Shown here in pieces: positions 1-14,162 of a DNA stretch of 64,000 bases. Below the pieces are notes generated by a model. The model saw only the letters and a program-made list of their open reading frames with translations. It ran no database searches and was not told where the DNA came from. Origin of the DNA: Felis catus (Eukaryota); NCBI RefSeq assembly GCF_018350175.1, contig NC_058373.1, positions 109,680,001 through 109,744,000 of the forward strand. The letters are read 5' to 3'. Positions within the stretch are counted from its first letter, which is position 1; the number at the start of each line of letters is the position of its first letter. The translations under genes and the position numbers were made by a program.

Positions 1-519
1 AAATCTAAAGATCTGCATGCTAATCAGGCGATTCCAAACACAAGCCTTTTTCTGAAGCCTGATGTAAGTCCGCATTCTATGCCCAATGTGGTACCCTAGG
101 GCTTAGCTAAACATGCCACCAGATAGTACAAACATTTTCTCTTCAGTTGTACCATGACTTTCCCTTTCAGAAAACATATTCAATAACTGTATCTCCTCCT
201 TAAGAAGCCAGACCAAATATAAAAAATAAGATCTGGCATTATTAAGAGTAATAAAACACAAACTAAGCTGGGCAACGAAGTCCACTATCTCAAAAGTCTG
301 TCCGTTGGTATCCTGGAGAAACACAGAAACATGTACAAATTAGGTCAATTTCTTTTAGCACAACTGGGAAACTTCAAAAAAAAAATGTAAACCCATTCTG
401 CATTCTTCCAGACGGCTGAAGCTCTTCTTACGGTCACACACACCCACACTTTAAAGTCAGGGAGCCTGGGCTCGAAACACTCTCTACCATGTACCAGCCA
501 GACAATTTGGGGCACGTGG

Positions 520-765
520 TGTGACAGTGAAAGACAATGGGCTACAAAAGCAGACTGCCTGGATTCCAAGCCTGGCTTTGCCACTTCCTTCTGGGAAACC
601 ATAGGTGAATCTCTGTGCCTCAGTTTGCTCGTGTATAAATGAGGGCATAATAACAGTACCTACCTCATATGGTTGACTTAAGGGTTAAGTGAGTGAATAA
701 AAATAAAAACACATGGAATAACATTCAGAACGCATTAGGTGCTCAATAAATTTCAGGTAGTAAAC
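520..765 (+). mobile_element. MIR SINE remnant
   Basis: MIR core-like ctctgtgcctcagtttgctcgtgtataaatgaggg...aataacagtacctacctcat...gctcaataaat. Confidence 0.8.
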
Positions 766-1054
766 TGTTGTTAAAATGCACGGCTGAGCCTTTGTGTCCT
801 TTACAAAATGAGTCTAAGAATAGTAGCTCTGTCACAGACATAGCTTGAGAATTTCATGAGATAATACATACATAAAATGTTCTGGTACCAGTGCCTGGTA
901 CATGAAAATGTTCAATAAATGTCAGGTTAAAAAAAAAACACTTATCAAACAAACAACAGCAAGTGCTGATGCATATAGGGCTTCTTCCCTTCTTTTGTAT
1001 ATATATCCAGTTGTGCAAGCCATATTGAAAAAAAAATAAGACTGATCTCAACCT

Positions 1055-1236
1055 GGGCACCTGGGTGGCTCGGCTGGTTAAGCGTCCAACTTCAGCTCAG
1101 GTCATGATCTCATGGTTCACGAGAGAACCAGTCCCACATCAGGCTCTGTGCTGACAGCTCAAAGCCTGGAGCCTGCTTTGGATTCTGTGTGTGTCTCTCT
1201 CTCTGCCCCTCCCCCACACTCTCCTCTCTCTCCTTT

Positions 1237-1289
<53 letters not shown>

Positions 1290-1336
1290 CTCTCTCCCTC
1301 TCGAAAATAAACAAACATTAAAAAAAAAAAAAAAAG
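1055..1336 (+). mobile_element. CAN-SINE with expanded (CT)n
   Basis: tRNA-derived head gggcacctgggtggctc, (CT)n linker, aataaa, poly(A). Confidence 0.95.
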
Positions 1337-1652
1337 ACTGGGCTCATCCTACTAATATCCAGTGCGATTACTTCCAAGTAAAACGGTAATGTGACTGTAG
1401 GAAAGGTGAAGGCACTGACTCAGTTTGATGTGTGGGTAATTCGGGCGCCAGGACATGCACCAGCAATGCGCCAGAGTCCTGGAGGACGAAGGGATGTAGC
1501 ATTTGGATGAATGAATGACAGACTAACAGAGTCTTCGGAACAGAAAAGCAAACATTTATGAAGAATTCAACAGTCTGGAGAAGCACTGCCAAGATCAGGA
1601 CACACCCGGTTCTCAGACATCCTCAAACCTCACTTCAGATGTAATCGGGTTT

Positions 1653-2110
1653 GGGGGCGTTTGAATGGCTCAGCAGGTCAAGCGTTCAACTCTGGATTTT
1701 GGCTCAGGTCATGATCTCGCGGTTCATGAGATCAAGCCCTGTGTACAGCTCCTTGCTAACAGCACAAAGCCTGCCTGGGATTCTCACCCCCCGTCTCTCT
1801 GTCCCTCTACCACTCGTGCATATGCATGCTCTCTCTCTCTCTTTCAGAATAAACTTTTTCAGGGGTGCCTGGGTGACTCAGTCGGTTAAGTGTACGACTT
1901 CGGCTCAGGTCATGATCTTGCAGTTATGGAGTTTGAGCTCGGCGTCAGGCTCTGTGCTGACAGTTCAGAGCCTGGAGCCTGCTTCGGATTCTCTGTCTCC
2001 CTCTCTCTCTGCTCCTCCTTCGTTTGCATATTCTCTCTCTCTCTTTCTCTCTCCCTCTCCCTCTCAAAAATAATTAAAAACATTAAAAAAATATTTTTTA
2101 ACTTTTTAAA
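1653..2110 (+). mobile_element. Two CAN-SINEs: the second (about 1862-2100) inserted in the tail of the first
   Basis: Two heads at 1653 and 1862; outer degenerate TSD agatgtaatcgggt / agatataatcaggc. Confidence 0.9.
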
Positions 2111-3874
2111 GATATAATCAGGCTGATGCAAAGTTTGCAAAGGAAACAAAACAATGTTTGACAGCTTTGTCCTTCGAATCTAAATTTTCATATTAGCATT
2201 CAAAGATGTTAATACTTCTAAATCTTAACTAAAATAATAGTAATTTACACTTAAGAGTTTCTTATAACATATTCATAACAAACATTATTGACCTCCCACT
2301 AAAATATCATGAAGTACTAAACCACTTCAAAGTATTCTGTAAACCTTTTCTCTTTTCCACACACCCTGTTATTTAAAGATCTAAGGCATTAGCTAAAATT
2401 CTGCAAAATTTTTACAGCCTCTTACAAGGCTTCAGGCTACGTCTGGAAGGAGTATGATAGGTAGTTTCAACCTTCCCAGAACAAGTATTTGCTTAGAACC
2501 TACTATGTTTAACTTAATGATCAATCATCCGTTCATTTATTCCACAAATATTTACAGAACACTTTTTGCATGCCAGGCATGGGTCTAGGCCGTAATTTAC
2601 ATTTCTCAGCAAAATCAAATAAGATACTAGCCTTCAGGAAGCTTACAGACCAAAAAGGAAGAAAATCTAATTAAATAGTCATATAAATTACTGTAAAACA
2701 GAAAAAAGGAATGAAAGAATGAAAGGAAAATAAATGGAAAAAAAAAAAGTAAAAGGCACCATAAGAGCACATGAGACACAGAATGGAGGGGGAAGAAAAG
2801 GTACTTACCCACAATGAAATTTACAGTCTGGTGGGCAGTAAGATTAACGTATATAATATAAACAAGAGCAAGAAAATGCTATTAAGTATCTAAATTTCAC
2901 GGACCAAGTTGAGAGACAGGAAAGGAAAAAGCTCTTGGCGAGGACCTACAGTGTTCTGGAGCCTTATAAAAATCCCGCAAGGTAGGCATTAATATTCTCA
3001 TTTTACAGATATAAAAACTGAGGCGGCATGGGATTTAGTTTTATTAGCAATGGTGTAGAGCAGCTGCATCACACAGAACCAGAAAGTACGGTAAATTTTA
3101 CATCAAATAAAATACTTCTTTGACATTGATTTAGACAGACACAGGTGGCGGTAGGCATGTGGACGTCAGGGCAATGAATGTCCCCCTCCTCTACCTCCCT
3201 TTTTACAGCCCACCTCCAACCCCCTTCCCCCACAAGGCACCCAGTATTTCCACCACAATCACACCTGTGCTCATGTCCTTTCCACACCTACAAAAATCTG
3301 CACTTGCTTTCTGAAAATATGATTGGCTGACTACCTTGGCTGCTAAAAGGACAATGCATTTATCCCTCCAAAGAAATGTCTTTATAATTTTGCAAAGACT
3401 TCACAGAAACAATAACAAAATAGCTTCATCTGATGGCCAAATTTTAACCATGGGAATTTCAGACATAAAATGGGCAAATTACTTACAGCCCCTCAAGTGA
3501 CAACTAATCTACTTTCACAGGATCATAAGGCACCTTTATCAACAGATATTAGCGGGGGGGGGGGGGGGGGAGCTCCAGTTGGACCAGGCACCCTCATTCA
3601 CACAACCCTCACTACAGTCTTTTTCAGCATCTGTCCTCTTTGAAAATATCACCACCTTCTACAACCTGCTCTTTTAAGGATCTGCAACACTATAAACAAT
3701 GTTACAAGATATTTGTTAATGAATGAATAAGCCAAAATAAACAAGGGGCACCAAGGACAGATCAGGTATGAAAAAAAGACACACATTCTGAAGAGCCATT
3801 TCCTGTTTCACAATAAACAGTCCTTTCTGAAAATCTGGAATGAGTCATCTTTTCCCAGTCATATCATCTATACG

Positions 3875-4110
3875 TAATAATAGTAAAAACTTAATAAGCA
3901 CGTACTCTGAGACAGTCATTGTTCTAAGCAGTTTACGTGTATTAACTCATTTAATCCTCTCCACAGTGCCTCGAAGTGGGATTTATTATCATCCTTACTT
4001 TACGTGTCGTATATTGAGTCCTGGAGGTATTTCGTGACTTTCACATAGCTAGAAAGGGGCCCTGCTGAGCCTCTGACCCAGGCGATCTGCAACTTGTACA
4101 ACTCTATCAC
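3875..4110 (-). mobile_element. MIR remnant
   Basis: gttctaagcagtttacgtgtattaactcatttaatcctc matches the MIR reverse complement. Confidence 0.75.
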
Positions 4111-5262
4111 CTCTGCTAAAGGGTAACATGAGTTTGCTTATCACTAACCACTGCTGTTTTTTCATTTAATACCTACAACATACACTAGAGGGACCATCTG
4201 GAAAGGTTAATCTTCCTAATAGAGCCTATGATACAAACAGAATCAGACATGAGTTCAGTCATCTCCCTCCACTTTGCACCAAGTAAAATGCAGCTACTAG
4301 GGGTTATACAGATGCTCTAGCTGGCTTGTTACTTCTGTTAATACTTTTGGCGGTGGTAAGTCTCTCAAACACTTGATGACTTTAAGTCTTCTATGGCCTT
4401 CCAACATTTTCCTTTGCGCCTAACCTGCCTTACTTTATGTAAAGACTTCAACATTCTTTCTGTTTGGATTTAATTTACTTAAAGGAAATGTAAGGACACA
4501 GAGGTTTAGCTGTTTAACTGTTCTGGAACACTTGATATCTGTTGATCCCCTCTACATTCTGATAACAACCCACTGTTGTCACTGGCACAGCCTAAGGTCA
4601 AGAAGACATGCGGTAGGTTGAACTGCTCCCAGACAGTAATGGGACTGAAGGGAAGCATGACTAGGACAACGCATAAACACAGGACATGTAAGAAGACATC
4701 TTAGGCAGGAAGAGCTTGGAGGTTAAGAGCGAGCACATTACAAGGTGAAATGTGAGAAGATATGCATGCCTAGGCAGAGGAGACAGTGGACTGGGGGTAA
4801 GAGGAAACAAGAGTGAAGAATTCAAACAAACCCGGCCATGAAGGACCTTAAAAAATGCGGACTAATCTAGGTTTCATGTAGTGACCACAGAGATATGCTG
4901 GGCTAGTAATAAGTAAGTGCTGTAGGGAGCTTCAGAGGGAGGCAGTCAAATGTGCCAAAACACTGTCACCAAAGCCAAGCGTGAAGAATTACAAGGGCCT
5001 ATCCTAAGCTGATGGCAGTGGATGAACACTAGAAAAGGAAGTCTGAGATACCTTTAAAAGATGAAAGCAAGAGGATATTTTGTCATATCAGATGTAACGA
5101 AAAGGAAAGGCAGTCAAAAATTACTAATGCTTCCAGGTTTGGAGGATGATACGCTAGTAAAAATGGAAGCCCATGACAGAAAAGTCAGTTTAACAAGACA
5201 GTTTGTGCAGATTAGTGCAAGATAGTTTTGGCAACATGGGGCTATAACCTAGGGAGGAGAGA

Positions 5263-5265
5263 TTT

Positions 5266-5325
<60 letters not shown>

Positions 5326-5349
5326 TTAAATATTTTATTATTTATTTTT

Positions 5350-5407
<58 letters not shown>

Positions 5408-5573
5408 GAGTATAAGCAGGGAAGAGGCAGAGAGGGAGACAGAGAATCCGAAGCAGGATCCAGGCTCTGAGCTGTCAGCACAGAGCCTGATGCGGGCTCA
5501 AACTCACAAACTGTGAGATCATGACCTGAGCCAAAGTCAGATGCTTAATCAACTGAGCCACCAAGCGCTTCTG
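5263..5573 (-). mobile_element. CAN-SINE with (TTTC)n tail and (AG)n expansion
   Basis: Reverse SINE body; (tttc)n about 5265-5325; (ag)n about 5361-5404. Confidence 0.95.
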
Positions 5574-5696
5574 AGAGTAGAGATTTTAGAGTTTTCCTAG
5601 TAAGGTGAAAGTCAAAGGAATAGAGCAAATAACAGATACAACAATAACAGACCAAATGGACAACAAAGAACAGAAGGTTAAAAATGGGACCATGGT

Positions 5697-5928
5697 GGGG
5701 GTGCTTGGGTGGCTCAGTTGGTTAAGCATCAGACTTCAGCTCAGGTCATGATCTCGCCGTCATGAGTTTGAGTCCTACGTCGAGCTCTGTGCTGACAGCT
5801 CAGAGCCTGAAGCCTGCTTCAGATTGTGTCTCCCTCTCTCTGCTCCTTCCTCTCTCTCTGCTCCTCCCCAACTTGTACTCTCTCTTTCTCTCAAAAGATG
5901 AATAAACATTAAAAAAAAAATTTTTTTT
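5697..5928 (+). mobile_element. CAN-SINE
   Basis: Full body; TSD aatgggaccatgg / aatggaaccatgg. Confidence 0.95.
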
Positions 5929-6050
5929 AATGGAACCATGGGACAGTTAGAGACAAAATGAAGAAAACCTGACAATGAGGCAGAAAGCTCAGTGGGTAAT
6001 GGGACACAGAACCAAGAAGGTGAATGAATGGTCACCAAAAACAAAAAGTA

Positions 6051-6173
6051 GGGACACATGGGTGGTTCAGTCAGTTGGGCATACAACTCTAGATCTCAGC
6101 TCAAGTTTTGATCTTGGGGTCATGAGTTTGGGCCCCACGTTGGGCTCCACACTGGACGTGGAACCTACTTAAA

Positions 6174-6219
<46 letters not shown>
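6051..6219 (+). mobile_element. Short CAN-SINE ending in (AC)n
   Basis: Head gggacacatgggtggttcagtcag; (ac)n about 6174-6219. Confidence 0.85.
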
Positions 6220-6222
<3 letters not shown>

Positions 6223-6408
6223 CCAGGCTTCTTCCAATGATAATAGTGTATGACCTATTTAATCAGAAAAACTTCTCCAGTAGCCTTGAAGAAATTCCCC
6301 TGACACTAATGAAACAATCCAGTTATCAAGGAGGTCTGAGAGATACCTAATCAATTCAAAGACTTGGGCAGCTACGAGCTACTTGTGATTCACTTTTGGT
6401 GTGATTTT

Positions 6409-6409
<1 letters not shown>

Positions 6410-6440
<31 letters not shown>

Positions 6441-6545
6441 TGTATGTATGTATGTAGGCAGGCACCACACCCAATGTGGGGCTTGAACTCACAACCCTGA
6501 GATCGAGAGTCACATGCTCTACTGACTGAGCCAGCCAGGTGCCCC
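6410..6545 (-). mobile_element. Short CAN-SINE with (TATG)n tail
   Basis: Ends gactgagccagccaggtgcccc; (tatg)n about 6410-6456. Confidence 0.85.
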
Positions 6546-6779
6546 AAGGAAGGTGTGATTTTATTAAATTAGGAGAAAGAATAAGAAGAAAAAGGAGAAA
6601 AGATAAAAGGGGAAAAAACCAAGTCCATTCAAGTTTTTGGAAACTCAGAAGTATAAACCCATACGCATTTGATTTTAATATTAAATTTTAATTAGCAATG
6701 TCAGGAAAATTGTGTGAAAAAAGCCAAGATGAAGAGAATATTAAAAGGTCAGGAGTTTGGGTTTAACTGTAGATGCAGT

Positions 6780-7600
6780 GAAAAAACATGGCAGCATTAA
6801 AACCTGAGGGAGAGACACAGCATATGATTTGTGTTTTTAAAAAGATCACTCTGCTTGCTATGAACTGAATGAACTCAATTCATTCATGAGAAGCAGGGAA
6901 ACCAGTTGGGGACTACTGCTACAGAGTCACAATAACGGCAAAGTGGACAAATTAGAGATAACTACTGGAGGCAGAAGCAACAGTACTTGCTGACAGTAAT
7001 GATTCTGGGGCAAAGTATGACGGTGAATAGAAGGCAAGACACACAGAGGACTCAAAGATGACTCAGCTGTCTGGTTTGAACAGCTAGGTGAATAGAGGAG
7101 TTATCAAGTAAAAGAAGAGATAGTTTGGTGGGGAAATCAAGTGTCCCACTGAGAATGTGTTAAGTTGGAGATGTTTGGGAAACATATACCTAAAGATGTC
7201 CAGTCAGTAATTGCATATATAAGACCAAAGTTTGAAGTAAGTAAGGTCAAAGCTAAAGGCAGAAGTATGAGAGCCAACGGTATAGAGATGGTCTTAAAGC
7301 CAACAGGATAAATGAGATCACCCATGGTGAGAGTGCAGAAAATGAAGCACAGGGAGCCCCCCCCCCAAAAAAAAAAAATCCAATCCATACAAGTTGAGAA
7401 GCGGAGAAAGAACTATCAAAGAGAATGAGAAGAAACCACCAGACGTAGAAAGAAAACCTAAGTAGTATCACAGAAGCCAAAGAAGAGTAGGTTTCCACAA
7501 AGAGAATGCAGATAAGTATCAAATGCTGCTAACAGACATAAGTCCATCAGATTTGGAGGTGACCTTGATAAGAGTCACTTCAGTAAAGCATTGGTAAAGG
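6780..7600 (-). mobile_element. LINE-2 remnant including degenerate RT region
   Basis: Purine-rich antisense L2 pattern; minus ORF 7137-7388 MGDLIYPVGFKTISI...ISNL resembles the L2 RT segment LGDLIQSHGF-YADD...LKLN as I recall it. Confidence 0.8.
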
Positions 7601-9484
7601 CAGAACCACATAACAGCAAGAATTTGCGGAATCCTATGCTATGACCCCAGCATTAACACACCCTCTTTTTTCTTGTGTCTTCAGCTTCTATTCCTTCCTT
7701 CAGTGGCTCTATGCCAAGGTCAAACTTAAAGTTCTGATTGGTACATCAAGTCACTCTCATCTCTGCTGACTAGAGTCTCTGGGCCAGATTACTGCCAAAA
7801 CCAAAGGCCTGCCTATTCATCGGATGGTCTTGGGTCAAGTGGCCACTCAGTCCAGTCATCTGAGACCAGAGACAAGAAACCAGTCATCCATTAGAAGACA
7901 GTCAGTGGATATGAGGGGTCTTCTAAGTCTTGGCCTGTCTCCGAAAACACTTTACTAAAAGTTAAAACAAAGACCAATGAATACATTTACTAATGAAGAT
8001 CTAAGGATTAAGCGTATAAATTATAAGCAGTTCATTTTTTCTTAACTTGGTATAGGTATCCATATGTTCATTCAAGATATCATTGCTCTTTGTATCTTCC
8101 AGTAGCTCATAAAATTATTTACATTCTTTTAACTTGAATACATTGAAGACAGTGGTCATTTTAAGAGGAGAAACTCCAACAGCAAAGAAAAACTTTATGA
8201 GTATGGAGTCACAACATCTAATATATTTTTAATCACTAAAGAAAGAAAAAATACATATCAGTACTTTTAAGACTTTTATGATAAAATGTTATAAAATGCA
8301 AGAAAGCGCACATAGTTTTTAGTAGCATGCGTTCATTCCTTATTAAAAAAAGAAAAAAAGTTTCCATCCCAAAACATTCAGGCCCTGTAATTTTATCCCA
8401 CAGGAAAGCCAAGCTAAAATGAAAAAACATCCAGAAGGAAGTTTACAGTGGAAACTCTGACAAATGCTTGACCGTAGTGTCACGAACAGCACTGTTATCA
8501 TATGCATATGTCTACACAGCTAGACACAAATGCATACATTATTCATTTCAATTAGTGGTCAAAAAAATAGATGATTATGATTCTTAAAGCTTGTACTTAC
8601 CATTGATGAACCCAAACAAAAAAAGTAAAACCATAAACACAAGCTGGAGACAGAACACTCCGCAAACAATGCCCTTACGTTTGAAAGTAGAACTGATGCT
8701 AATTTACATCTGTAGAGTACTCCTAAGTTTCTCCAGCATTCTCGAAAGGTATTATTTCACTCAACAATCCCAACAAACCTATGAGTGAGGCTAGCTAAGT
8801 CCGACACTCATTTTGCAACTGAGGAACCTGAACTGCACCAAAGATGCATGATTTGCTCAAAATCATACATAGAGTCACAACGACCACATTCAAATCTAGG
8901 TCTTAGGCACTACAAGAAGTCCGCTGCTCCTTCCACTAACATTTATATTAATACAGCCTTTGATAAAGGGGTTTCAAATCCCTGCTGGAATTGGTTCAAA
9001 TATCACATACCACATTTGGACCTTTAAAACAGACTCAACTATTCACTCAAGTAATATTAATATTAATCACGCTATGATTACCAATTCTAAGGCACCTGAT
9101 GTCCTACTATACTGATATATCACTAGAAAACCAATTTTGACATTTCATTCATTATGTTACTGTATCATTTTCCTTAATGAGTACACAGATCCCATTATAA
9201 GGCTGCTAGTGGTCACTGTGTTTCCATCATATCTCAGAAGTTCCATGGATGTCAAACCTACTGACAATTAGTAGCCATAAGGCAATGTATAAGTTACCTA
9301 TTCATGATATTCATAAATAAGATCCTATATTTAACACTAACCTGAGTAAAAAGATACTCTATGATACATGACCACTGTCCACTAATAACTAAAAATTAAA
9401 GAACAAGATGAATGGATTCAGACTGCGAAGTATTAAACACTTTTAAACATAAAAAATAATTTTAAAACAGAATTTATTAAAAAA

Positions 9485-9708
9485 ATTTAATGTTTTCAGT
9501 TATTTTTGAGAGACAGAGAGAGCATGAGAGCATGCACACACATGGTGGGGGAGGGGCAGAGAGCAGGAGACACAGAATCTGAAGTAGGCTCCAGGCTCTG
9601 AGCTGTCGACACAGAGCCCGATGCGGGGCTCGAACTCACAAACCGCGAGATCAGGACCTGAGCCGATCATAATCAGACCCTTAACCGACCGAACCACCCA
9701 GGCGCCCC
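9485..9708 (-). mobile_element. CAN-SINE
   Basis: Reverse body ending ccacccaggcgcccc. Confidence 0.95.
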
Positions 9709-9741
9709 TAATACACCTCCATTTTAAAATGCCTATTTAGA

Positions 9742-10190
9742 GGGGTGTGCAAGGGTGGCTCAACCAGTTAAGTGTCCAACTTTTGATTACAGTTCGGGTC
9801 ATGATCTTACATTTTGTGGGATAGAGCCCCCGAATCAGGCTCTGTGCTGACAGCACATAGTCTGCTTGGGATTCTCTCCCTCTCTCTCTGCCCCTCCCCC
9901 ACTTGTGTGCGCAAGCTCTCTCTCAAAATAAATACTTATTTTTTTTTAAGTTTATTTATTTTGAGAGAGAAAGAGTGTGTGAATTGGGGAGCGGCAGAAA
10001 GAGAGGGAGACAGAGAGATTCCCAAGTAAACTCCTCACTGCCAGCATGGAGCCCAACACTGGGCTCAAACCCATGAACCATGAGATCATGACCTGAACTG
10101 AAGTCAGACGCTTAAGGGACTGAGCCACCCAAGCACCCCTCTCTCAAAATAAGTAAGTCAGCTTTTTTTTTTTTTTTAAATTAAAAAAAT
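9742..10190. mobile_element. Nested CAN-SINEs: + copy (about 9742-9935) with a - copy (about 9936-10139) inserted near its tail
   Basis: ctctcaaaataa occurs on both sides of the inner reverse element. Confidence 0.85.
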
Positions 10191-10204
10191 AAAATGCTTA
10201 TTCA

Positions 10205-10545
10205 GAGTGCCTGGCTGGCTCAGTTGGTAAAGTATGTGACTCTTGATCTCAGTATTGCGAGTTCAAGACCTACATTTTAGTATAGAGATTACTTAAAAAT
10301 AAAATATTTAAAAAAAAAATTTTGTTAACGTTTATTTTTGAGAGAGAGAGAGAGAGAGCGTGAGTGGGGTCGGGGCAGAGAGAGAGGGAGACACAGAATC
10401 TGAAGCAGTCTCCAGCTGAGCTGTCAGCACAGAGCCTGACGCGGGGCTCGAACCCACAGACTGCAAGATCATGACCTGAGCCGAAGTCGGACGCTTAACT
10501 GACTGAGCCACTCAGGTGCCCCATTAAAAATAAAATATTTAAGAA
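10205..10545. mobile_element. Short + CAN-SINE with a - CAN-SINE (about 10319-10522) in its tail
   Basis: ttaaaaataaaatatttaa duplicated on either side of the inner element. Confidence 0.85.
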
Positions 10546-13500
10546 ATAAAGAAAGAAAATGCTTATTTGTAAGCACCAAATCTTCTCCCCACTCCTCATT
10601 TAATACAATGGGCTGTTCTCAAGCATCCTTTATGAAAGTCCACAATATCTACTAAGTATTTGGATCACAGCCATGGAATATCAGCATCAGTATCACTTCA
10701 TAAAAAAGAAAACCATTCTCATTAGAAATTAAGACAGCATATAAGAATATTACTACTTCACATCTGTCTCAGCCAAACTCAATACATCCTCTAAAAGCAA
10801 ATATGCAGTGCAGTATTATTAAATAATATGAATAACTACCACGTACTGAGCATTCAATACATTCCAGGAACTGCCAACCTGCTTCAACAGTAACAACAAA
10901 AAACACAACGGCTGCTTGCATTTATTGAGCCTGGATGGTGAGTCGGGCAATGTTCTATGTGGTTTACAGAAGTTATCTCACAACACCACACTTTACAAGT
11001 GAAGGAACTACAGAGACCAACTATTCTGCCCAAAGTCACAGTGGCAGCTAGGGAGAAACCCAGCACCAGCCTTTCTTCACCGTTTGCGGGTGGAAATGGG
11101 CTAATTTAAGTAAAGTGCTCAGAACAACGGCTGGCACATGATAAACACTCCATAAATACTGGTAGTTACTACCGGTATTATTCGATCTTCACAACAATCC
11201 AGTAAAATGAAAACGGTGGAAAACAGAATGAGGAGAGCAAAAGAAAACCGGGAAGAGGGCAGGAAATAGATCAACAGGCAATACTTCCAAAAGAAAAAGA
11301 AACTCAAAGCTTTTGGAAAGAGTGAGCAAGTTAAATGACGGCTGCCCAAAGGTTTGTGTTATAGTCTTTGTGTTTATATATTTTTCTATCATTTTACGGA
11401 TTCATTTATGTTTAAAAAAAAAATTAGGTGACAGGAAAAGGACATGGGATCAGAGAAGAAGAAATAAGGAAAAAGAGGGAAAGAGAAGTTAACACATTAT
11501 CTATCTGTAAAAATCAAATGCCAAATAAACGCAAATCTTCATTTTAAGGCAGGCCAGGAGTCTCTAACCTATCCACTACTGTGGATCCTACTGAAAAAGT
11601 GCTCCATAAACACATACGCTACAGTTAAAAACCAAAAAAAATCTATGTAAGACAAACGATAAATTCCAATTAGGATTGCTCTTAAGCAAAACAAGGGCAA
11701 ATGAATCATTACGATTTAGCTGATACACATTTTAAGCGGTTTTCCTGCCTCAAATGTGGAAATAATAGCGACAAAAAAAAGACATGACTCAGTTTCATTT
11801 AATACTTGGTTCATTTGATACTTGGTCATCTAATAAGGAGACCAAAGAAGGGCAAATTGATTTTTTTTTTTTTTTTTTTTATGATGTAGATACCTACCCT
11901 GTAGCACTGAACATGGAGACTACTGTTTTCGAACAACCTGTTAAACAACAACCTGCCAAATGACCACCTCTGGTCCTTGGCAACCTAATATCCAACACCC
12001 AATCTTTCTTTTTTTGAGAACAGGGAAATTGAAACCCAGAGAAGTTAAGTTCAACAAGGAAGCAGAACAGTCCAGTGGAAAGCAAAAAGCATCCTGGAAT
12101 CTGACATACTTGGAGGAGAATCCTGGTTCCCTCACTGATTAAATGCTGCCTCCTTTCCTCACCAATGGGAGAATTATACCACCCTCCTAGCAAGCGTTGG
12201 TGACAAATAAAACAGAATGTGCGACACTTAGCAAGTAATAGGCACTTAATAAGTGGTAGCTATTGGTACTGTTACTATAATCTTGTGGGTGGCTCCGTAG
12301 GTGACAGTTATCATTGTCATGATTATGAATACAATCTCCTAGGGGGTAGGGACTGTATCTGCCTTAGGCACTGAGTACAGGGCCTGGCACAGACTAGCCC
12401 TTAAATACCAGAGGAAGGGAAGAACAAAGGAGAGATTATACAGAATTAATCAGCAGAAGAAATGATATTCAACAGTTTGCCAAAATTCCTTCTAGAAGGC
12501 ACTTATGCCATACGTACAATAACAACATGTCCTGTTTCATTGTTTTTTCAAACTCAATTCAGGGAGCTACAACACCATATTTATTTTTTACTTTTTTATT
12601 TTTTAACGCCGTATTTTTTTTTAATGAAGTAGGAGAGAATACAACATAAAAGAAACAAGTGCATCTAACATAATAAGTACAATTATGTTCTACTTCATTT
12701 AACTTTAATACTAGTTACATGTACACCCTTGCAATTGTGTGTGTGCGTGTGTTGGAATCAGGATGTAAAATGAATTTACTGCTAGTAGCACCAATCAGAA
12801 AAACAGCATCCTAGATTTTCCAGGACAGTCTTACTGTTACGTGATCTTGCATATTTCCTTAAAGGTGAAATAAAGGTATGTTAACTAAATGGGATCTGAG
12901 ATGTATACATAATCTGTATCAAAAATCATGAAAAGAGAAAAATCTTTGCCCAGCCCTAATTGTATCTATTGGTATGGTACCTACATGAAACCCATAGCTT
13001 GACACATACATCCAGAACTGCACCAAGAAAGTCTTCCTACCAAACTCAGGCGAAACTAAAATCACACAGCTTAGTAGTGATAAACCATGGCAGCTTTTCT
13101 CTTCCCACTCAAAACATAAAAATTACTATGAATTCAAGACCATTTCCAAACATCATAATTATTTTGTGAGTCACCATAAAATAATTGTAGAACATATATG
13201 AGGTTCTCTATAGTGAGGGTGAAGTATCAAAGCATACTGTACCCTGGACAAACTCTTCATTGAGCTCTCCAAAAAGAACATTCAGAGGTTAGATCTATTT
13301 AACACAGGAGCCAGAGTTTTGTTGCAATTTATGGTGGGTGATGCCTCACTCAGCAAAAAGTACGTTAAATGCTTAATATTCTCTATTAAATTAACAAATA
13401 TAAAATCAACACATGTAACTAGAGGGACAGAAAACTCTGGGTGACAACGGCCAAGCCAGCCAGGGCAGCACATTTTGAGAACGACTAGTCTAGGGTATGT

Positions 13501-14084
13501 GGCATGAACGAGAATTCACGAGAACCCGACTCTACACTGACTTACCATGACAGCAGATTAAATCACTTAACTTCTCTAGATCCCAACCTCTTTCTGTTAA
13601 AAAAAAAACATTAAGTATCTGTCCCCAGTCTGTCATTCCGATACTTTGCAACAAAGACAAAAACACAGAGACATATTCTGAGCTCTTTAGAAGATTAATT
13701 TCTCTCTAAAGTCAACTTGTCAGGTACTACTCAGGTGACAGCTCCATCTGTCTGGCCCAAACATTCTCTTCTGTTCACTCAACACGTCACTACATTAACT
13801 GACCAGTCTGTTTGCCCACACTGAGGAATAAAGAGCTGAACAAAATGCAACTTAAGTCTTTGATACAATAAAGGAAGAAGTGGCTGCATGTTTAACTCGG
13901 TCTTAATGGCACCCAACACTGTACTGACAGCAAATGAAAAACTTTAGTTTGACAAAACTAAAAAAGATAGTGTTTGAGGATTAAAGAGCCTGAAAAAATT
14001 CTCCTTGAACCACCAAGCTCTGTTCCAATGAGTGAAACGAAACTGATGCAAAGGGAAAAACCAATACATCCAATCAAATATTAC

Positions 14085-14162
14085 TAGGTTGAATCATATG
14101 AAACTGTCGCTTTTACAGGTTAAAGATGGTCAAATACTGGAAATTTCACTTGATTCTACAAA
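14085..14162. mobile_element. MADE2-like mariner MITE
   Basis: taggttgaatcatatgaaactg...aatttcacttgattctac: about 80 bp with degenerate long inverted termini, matching the recalled MADE2 consensus. Confidence 0.7.

Noticed and set aside
103..324. Strong minus-strand acceptor (tttctgtgtttctccag|GATACC) with a 73-aa ORF
   Set aside because: No convincing donor within the window and no recognisable protein; cannot be supported as an exon.
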